Part shown: in pieces, positions 56,401 to 64,000 of the stretch
Layout of the letters: each line of letters opens with the position of its first letter
Position numbering within the stretch: the stretch's first letter is position 1
Assembly: GCA_012862495.1 (NCBI GenBank)
Contig: BLSG01000172.1
Coordinates: 9,711-73,710 of the forward strand
Source: Thraustochytrium aureum
Lineage: Eukaryota
Direction: 5' to 3'
Length of the DNA: 64,000 bases
Notes under the pieces: generated by a model
Seen by the model: only the letters and a program-made list of their open reading frames with translations
Database searches by the model: none
Told to the model about the DNA's origin: nothing
Program-made: the position numbers and the translations under genes

Positions 56401-59400
56401 TTCAGCGCCCGGCACCGCAAGGGCTTCAACTTCTGGCAAGTCGGACAGCCGGGCCCAGGCAGCATCGCTAGGCACAAAGGCGATTGACGGCAGTGAGCCG
56501 CGGAGCCGGGAAGCGCAGCCTGTGCAGCCCGACAAATTGGACTCAAATCGGCTAACAAGGTGCTCGGGCTCTTTCAGGCAGCCCCGTTGCGGTCCGCAGC
56601 AATCGCTCGCGCCTGGGCCTTTGCCTTTCGCCTGCTGAGGATGCACTGCGACCCGGAGGCGATGCTACGAGGTGAGGGTAAAGCTCGCTTGGATGCCGCG
56701 ATGAACTCTGTTCTGACGGCTGGCGCTGCGATGGTTGCCCTTCTTGAGACGGACATGGTCGTTCTCGTTAAAGCTCTACTGCGCAGCAGCGAGGGCGACT
56801 CTCACCTCGTCTTCCACCAAGGCCTCTTGGACATGCTTGTCCGGGCGTTTTTGGTTGCCAGCCCGGTGAACCCGCGCTTGTACAGGCGACTCGTGCTTGC
56901 GCTCACAGAGTCGTTTCAGTCGGACGCGGAGCCCGCTGCGGGCCTACGACCAGAGTCGCTCATCACCCTCGTCGAGGCCGTGTCGACGGCCATCGCCACC
57001 GAGGCGCATGTAGCAAGCGAAGTCCTTGGCAAAGCAGATCTCGATCTCCTGCGTGAGGTCCTGGTCATGATTTGCGAGCCAGTTCGTAAAGACGGCGCTG
57101 AGGACAGCGACGCGGCCTCTGCGCTGCGGCGTGCGCTTCTCTCTTCGCTAACCACCTCGCGGGTAGGCATGCCAGCGCCCGTCCACTCGCTCCTGGAGTG
57201 GCTCTCCGATCCGCCGCCAGCGAAAGACGCGACGCGCCAAGCACGCCAGCAACTGGGCGAAATCATCGTGCTCCTGCTGAGCGACGTTCTCGGCCGCGAG
57301 GACGAGGCGGCCACGCCGCTTGTTGACATCTGTGTTTCCGCCTTGAGAGACCCACATGCTGGCCACCCGGAGCCGGTCGCTGCAGTCATTTTCGCGCTCA
57401 TCAAGCGCGAGGCGCTGGCTCAGCACCTCGTTCTCTCGCGCGCCGGCCTCGAGTTTGGTGTGGACGCTGACGATGGCGCTGCCACAAACGGCCTCGTTTC
57501 TTCGGGAAAACGTCGGACGGCCTGGCTCTGCGCACCTCGCGCACCCACGCCCACCTCTTAGCCTCCGTCTCGGTATCGATCTGCAACGCGCTGGGAACCT
57601 CGCTTCCGCGCACAGTCCAGTCAGCACACTCGCGCGCCCCGCTCCCAGACGCATTGGTCAAGCGCTGCGCCGGCCTCGACAGCTTGCCCATCGACCTGAC
57701 GCACTTTTGCAAGCTCGTGTTGCCTGCGACCCTTGCGGACCGCTCGCGTCTCGGAGATGACGTCTTCGTGTTCAACACAGAGAACGACGCCAAGGTGGCC
57801 CAATTGCTCTCCGGAAAGCGCTCGTCGACGACAACATTGACCATGCTCACAATGACAGGCGACGAAGGGGTTGCAGCTGACGGCGCTGTGGCGGGGAGCG
57901 CCACCGACAACGCGTCGGGCGTCGGCGCGCAAGCAGCAGGAGGCTCGGCCACGATCTCGACCAAGACGCAATCGCTGCTTTCATCGGAGGCTGCGCTTGC
58001 CTCTATCGCAGCTGCAATAAACACGTTTTCTGGGGCTGTTGGCGGCAACCAAGCAGATGTGAACGCCGGCACCTTCAGCGAGGGTGGCAAGACCGGCAAA
58101 GGGCTTGGTACGGCTGCTCCCGGTGGCGGGGCGGGACTCGTACACCATGTATTTTCGGGCCGCCCGAGCGACAAGTGGGAGTTTACCATTGAGCTGCCGT
58201 GCGACGCGATCCTGTATGCGGTGACCCTTTCTTTCGTTAACGAGCTTGCTCTGAGCGGGCCAGCGTTCGGGGGCAAGTCCAAGTCGACGCTTCCGGCGCG
58301 CGTTTCGATCGAGACGGGCAACTCGGTTGCCCGCATGTCACCGTCTGGCGTCACAGCAACTTTTGAGCAGCGCTCGGTGCACGACTTGACCCATGGCGTG
58401 GCCACCGTGTACCTCTCTGCGCCGGTTGCGACTCGTTATGTTCGTGCCGTCGTCCACGCTCCCTCCGAATCTGAGGTGAGCTCGACGTTTCATCATGGCT
58501 CCAGCTTGTTCTCCCTTGGCGGCTCAGGCAGTGGTGGGTATCCTCGCTGGCCAGGAACAGGGCAAGGGGGTTTAGCACAAGGCGCCGCGAGCTCCTCGGC
58601 GCAGAATGAGGCGCGTCCCAAGGTTGGCGACCAAGTGGTTCGCGGGCCAGACTGGAAGTGGGGAGTGCAAGACGGCGGCATCGGGTCGATCGGCAAGGTT
58701 GTGGGGATTACGTCCTGGGGCGGTGTCCGCGGCCAAGGCGTCCGCGTTCAGTGGGCAAGTGGGCGGACCAATTCGTACCGCTGGAACGTGCTCGAGTCTG
58801 GATCGCGCGCCTTTGATGTTGTTGTAGCTCCGAGCGACGAGAGCAGGAAGCGGCCGGTGGTTGTACTAGCCAAGATTGCTGTACATGCAGCGACCCTCCA
58901 ACCGCGCCAGTTGACGACCTCGCCGCTTGGCGCGAACCAGCGCTCCCTCGCTCTATTCCTGGAGCTCTGCTCCGCGGCCTGCAGAAACTACTCCTCCGTG
59001 CAGCTTGCACTGGCAAACTCGGCTTCGGCACCAGCCATTGCGACGTCGCTCGTAAACTTTCTTCCGGGCGCTCAGACAAGCCGGCACGCGCGGGCGATCG
59101 TCGTCTTGCTTTCGCACCATAACGTGTCGCTGGCCTCTTCACTGTTGGGGAAGATGCTGGGCCCAGTGCATACCTTGACGCCTGCGCACGCGGCCCTCGC
59201 GGCTGAGCTATGCACTATGCAAGACGGTGGGACGAAGGATAGACTTGGCGTTCTCTGGGAGTTCGTGGCAGACTGCCTGCGACGGGGCGAGCAGTCGCCT
59301 CTCGTGCTGCCCTTTCTGCACGCCTTGGCAATCTCGATCGAGCAATTCGCACTCTGTGACGGCAGCGACTTTTCTGAGAGCCACCAAGACCGGCTCGCGT

Positions 59401-62400
59401 TTGTGCGCAGCTCGAAAACGCCACCCGAGCGGCTTGTGGACGATCTGTTTCGGCTTGCGCGGAATGCGACCGAGAGCTCCCCTGCGGAGCAAGCCACTCT
59501 GACGCTGCTATGCACTTTAGTTCGGGCAGACGCCGCTCTGCGGCGCAGTGCGTTGCGCAACCTCGAAGCGCTGCTGGCTGAGGTTCTTGGTGTCGTCGAA
59601 ACAAGCCTGCGTATCGTCACAAACGCGCCGGTTCTCTTTGGCGATTCGGCTGCTACGGACGACCCTGTCGACAAGCAGGCGGCGGCGGAGCTTCCCACAG
59701 CGGAGCCGGACACGGACAAAGCGAGAGCGTACATTGGGCCAAGCTCCGTCTCGCTGCCGGGGGAGAGGCGTACAACTACGTCCGCAGCGCTTTCAGCGCT
59801 AAAGATGATAGGGGCTGTGACATGCTGCCATGCCGAGCTCGTTGAATTGGCGAGGGGTTCCATCCAAGTTCTCGGGGCACAGATCCTGCCCATCATTCGG
59901 ACCGTCCACGCAGTCGAGCGCAATGACATCGAGCAAATGATTAGCTCGCTGTCCAGCACGACTAGCTCTCTGCGTCCGTGCGAGCGTCGGCGTCGCAGGC
60001 GCTGCTCGCCCTGGCACTGGACAGGGAGTAGTCACCCCCTCACACTCCTCGAGCAATGCCACGACGGCAGCAGGCGCAAGTGTGGTGGGCCTCGGGGCGG
60101 CTGTCCCTCGCGGCCTCACGCCCCCCGTGACGCCGAGCGGATCCGCCAGTATGCGCGACATTGATAACCTGATCCGGACCAGCGCGAGAGCAAGCGTCTT
60201 GGCCGCGCAAATGGCCGCCCAGACGCCACCGACAACGCCAGGGTGGTTCAATATCACTCCGACGCGTGCAGGGGCTTCGAGGAGCCGCTGCAAACAGCTT
60301 TGGCATCCGGAAGACGGTTTGCGAGGACTTCGTGTCTTGGCGCTGGCAGTCGTGTCTGCCCTTGGCGACGTGGCCCACGCCCGCTCAATCAAGGGCTGGT
60401 TGGGGGAGTCGGGCCTTCTCGAGTCTGTCGTGGAGGAGCTATCAAACTTGGACAAAGCTAGGAACTCGGCGAGGGACGACCGGATCCGGCTTGACGAGGA
60501 GCTCGAATTTACCAGGGTTGCGCGCGTCGGTCGTAAAGCAAACGCCCAAGTCGTGGCTTCTTCCGAGGAGGGCTCCGGTCCTGCAGTCGCGGTTGCGGCT
60601 GGCTCCGATGGAGCTGAGCAGGGGTCGGACGATGGCGCAGCCGACGAGCCGAGCGCGAAGGCGCAACAGGCAGTGTCGTCGAGTTGGAATAGCGAACATC
60701 TAACCGGAGCGACGAGCCAGCTGAGGGGTGCCCTGGCTGTAGATACTGAGGTCGACGTGGGCCTGACAACTTCTGCGGCGGCAGGGAGCGGCAGGAGCAC
60801 CAGCACCACAGAGCGTCATGGCGGAGAGGCCACAGCGCTGGCAGCGCAGAGGCTGCTGCGTTGGTGAGAGTCTGCGAATCGTGGTCAAGGATGCACGACG
60901 GCGTGTTGGGCCTGGTGCGCACTGCGCTCAACCTCCACGAAGACAACCAGAAGCGTATCGCTGCGCTTTTAGTGTCCAAAATGGCAGCGCCTGACTCTGT
61001 GGACGGCTTCCTCGTCAAGCTCTTGTCTGAGATGGTTATCCTCACCCCCAACGTGTCGGTGTCTGTCTGGCGCCCAAGCGAGGTTATCGAGGAGATCGTG
61101 AATGGGGCCATTATGGGCGGACCGGCGGCGCAAGGCGTTGCTCTGTCCGCTGAGGCGGAGGAGAAGGTATTTTGCCTCGACCCGCAAAGCTGCGGATCAA
61201 CGATCACTATCAGCGACGATGGCTTGAGCGGGACGCAGGCCTCGTTCGAGAAATGGGGCATGGTTCGAGCCGACACGGAGCTGCCGCCCTCCGGGGTGAG
61301 CTCGTGGGACGTGACGATTGAACAGAGCCCAAAGGGCCACATCTTCGTCGGCGTGGCCACGAAGAACTCGAACCTCAACTCTTATCTGGGGAACGACAAG
61401 TACGGTTGGGGTTACATTGGCAACCGGGGAGCGTGGCACAACAAGCACAAGGTTAAGACCTACGGGAAGGACTTTCGCTCAAATTGTGTTGTCACGGTTA
61501 CAATTGACATGGACGAGGGTGTCCTGTCATTCGCAGTGAACGGCGAGGACATGGGCGTTGCCTTCGACTCTGGTCTCAAAGGGAAGCAGCTCTTCCCTGC
61601 GTTTGCGCTGTACCAAAAGGGCGATCGTTTCTCCATCTCGCGGTTTGCGCTAGCCAAGGCAGGCGCTAGCCCAAGCGAGGGCTCCGGCCACCGCTCCAGT
61701 GTTGAGGGTGACGGTGGCCTGCTGCCTGCGCTTCTTGGCAGAGAGACCATCCCTCGGCTGCGCTTCCATCGGCCCGGCCCAATTTTCACCTTGCCGGGGG
61801 AGGCCACGCCGTTCGAGGCGCTTCAGATGGTCGGCATCGCTCAGGTAGGGGACGTTCAGAGTCGTGGAGTCGCGCTCGGTGGAGACATCTCTGTTGGGCC
61901 CAGTTCGCCTGCTAGCACGGGGGCCACGAGCGACGGATGGGACGACAACAAGCCCCCCGAAGAGGCGCTGGTCCCGCTGGAGAAGGAGTGGGCCGTTCTC
62001 CAGAGCGACGGGGCTGTCACCGTGGAGCAGCTTGGACGCGCCAGTGTGAAAGACCTTGTCCTTGAGACCGAGGTGCTCGACATCGTGAATGTGCCCCGTA
62101 GCAGGCTCGAGGGCCGGCTTTCAAACCCGCGGGCTGGCCTGGGCGCCGTTGACCACCTGGTTGCGTTGCGTGGTGACCGAACGTCGCCTGTCTTTGCCCA
62201 GATCGCCGACATGGGCGGCCTGCCCCGTCTTGTCAACCTTGTTCGCGCCAAGCTGGGGCTCCCGATGAGCGGACTTGTGGGCAGTAGCGTGATCGCCCGA
62301 GGCCCTGCGCCGCCTTGGTCCAGGCTCGTCACAATCAGGACAAGTCAAGCAACCACGGAGCGGAACCTAGGCGAGTGGGCCGCCTGGCTGGACGCTGTGG

Positions 62401-64000
62401 AGACCAACTTTAAACTTGCGGGGTACCCAAGCTGTTTCGTCAATGACCGCGACTGCGTGGGCCTCCTCTTCGCGCTTGTCGAGGCCGACTTGCAGCACTG
62501 GGCCGAGGAGCGTCGAGCATGCATTCAGCCCTCCGCTTCAGCGCTTAGCGACCCCGTGGGAGCGCTCGTCCTTTCGCTGACGCGGCTCTTTTCCACTGGC
62601 GCGGAGCCAGTCAGCTGCCGCGAGAGCGCAGCGCGGTGCGGCGTACTAGACCGCGTCTTGCTGCGCCTCGGCCAAGTTCAGTCCGAGGAGCCGCGGCGGC
62701 CTGAGCGCACTCGGCGTTTCGATGACTCGCACCAGCACCGCCGGGCCGAGGAGGACATCCAAGAGGAGCTCAACGCCAAGAGCGCGTTGGCTGCAACAAG
62801 CAGCGCTCAAGGGGAAGATAGCGGCGAAGGCGCGGCGCACGCAGGCGAGGCTGGCGGCTCAAGCCAGGGCGGCGACGCCGATGCCGCGTCAGAGTCGGGC
62901 AAAACGCTCTGGGCTCCAGGCTACGGCTATGGCAGTGTCGACACGGCACAATCGGACCGCAAGCGCGAGCAGCAGCAGCGCGGAAACTGGAGCGAACGCT
63001 TGTAACGCTCGAGTGCATGTGCGCTTTCCTCAACATGGATAGCGTCGTTGCCTCGCAGATTAGCCCTGCCGTGTGGGCCGAGATCCTCGACGCGCTCGAC
63101 GCCTCGTGCCTTTTGCGCGTGATGATGTCGTCCTTTTTCGGCAACACGTTCAAGGTTGTCATGGACAATGCAGTGCTGTACCGGTCGCTCCTGCGTGTCG
63201 TGTACTCTATCGCCAGCTTCCCGGCCCTTCGACCGGTTCTCCTTCCGGTTGATGGCGTGTACCGCTCCTTGGAGCAGCTTATGCAAGAGCTCGAAGACCT
63301 GCTCGAAGACATGAGCGAGGAGGACGTCGAGGAGCGTGAGGACGACGAAGACGTAGAGGAGGATGAGCAGGGGGGCGGCATTGCGGCTTCGAACGCCGTG
63401 AAGAAGCGGGCGGCGGCTGCGTCAGCTACTGCTGCGAGTGCTGCTGCCACAAAGGAGGGCGCGTCTGCGCCGCTGGTCGACGTGGATGCGCTCCAATCGC
63501 GATTTCTCGCCGGAGACGCCAGGGTCCTGGACCCGCTTGCGGACCTCTCTCTGAAGCAGCTCATTGAGGCAACAGCGAGCCTTGTGAAAAAGCAGGCCAA
63601 AGCATATCGGGAAGAGGAGCGCCAGCGCCTTGTCGAGGAGGCGAGATTGCGCATCCTTTCGGAAGAAGAGTCCCCCACGCATGACGATGCTGCGGTTGAC
63701 GACCAGGTTGGTGCGTCGGAGGCTTCTCCCGGCGCGAAAGCTCTCGAGGGTGACGGGGACGCAGAAGCCACATTTCTCCGCGAGCTGCACACTATTTATG
63801 AGGACGCGCTGCGACCAGAACTGTTCGGCAACCGCGCGATGTGCGTTGAAGGCCGATATGCACACCACTACCACACTCAGATCGAAGATGACATCAAGGG
63901 CAAGGTGAGCAAGACGCGCATGCGCCGGCTCAACCGGGAGCTCAAGGCACTGCGCAAGTCTCTGCCGCTGCACTACAACTCCTCTGTTGCGCTGCGCGTC
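44348..64000 (+). CDS. BIRC6: Giant BIRC6/BRUCE-like E2/E3 ubiquitin-conjugating protein with extra KOW-like, LamG, 2x SPRY, 2x ZZ and MIB/HERC2 domains (multiple frameshifts, runs off window)
   Basis: Degenerate BIR LAGAGFFY...PTLEHSFLAPWSRFVQHKVTANVPL (~45110-45420); LWAPGYGYGS (~62908-62940, cf. BIRC6 YWAKGTGFG); window ends in HHY...RMRRLNRELKALRKSLPLHYNSSVALRV (start of a BIRC6-type UBC). Confidence 0.75.

Noticed and set aside
2475..63800. Frequent frameshifts in SMC4, NACHT-TPR, tricorn, LRR, MFS, CNOT9 and BIRC6-like genes as pseudogenisation, programmed frameshifting or RNA editing
   Set aside because: They hit essential genes, and several are one extra base in a short homopolymer (CCC 6339-6341, GGGG 11418-11421, CCC 37021-37023), typical of sequencing or assembly error; no slippery-site consensus was seen
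123..63973. Numerous long antisense/alternate-frame ORFs and ORFs spanning N runs
   Set aside because: Expected from high GC (few stop codons) and from N translated as X; they shadow recognisable genes and have no motifs

Overview
GC-rich, gene-dense eukaryotic scaffold with many N gaps and scattered single-base indel errors. It is a protist-like genome with few short GT-AG introns carrying CTRAC branch sites. CCDC61 suggests a flagellated lineage; a stramenopile such as a labyrinthulomycete is only a tentative guess. Host genes include a PP2C phosphatase, SMC4, a DUF4062-NACHT-TPR protein, a tricorn-like S41 protease, an RNI-type LRR protein, RPT1/PSMC2, a Kv channel, an F-box-like/DUF4246 protein, a BCAT relic, CREG, a 7TM-RGS protein, an MFS transporter, a 5'-nucleotidase, CCDC61, CNOT9 and a giant (>19 kb) BIRC6/BRUCE-like E2/E3 gene running off the window. 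The standout is a lower-GC island at 22935-25110, bounded by gaps on both sides. It encodes an intact ~634 aa Fanzor1-like (TnpB-derived RuvC) nuclease with all three catalytic acidic residues, followed by a strongly base-paired 3' region that looks like an omegaRNA scaffold. This is a candidate eukaryotic RNA-guided endonuclease system. All domain calls come from recognising motifs by eye, not from database searches.
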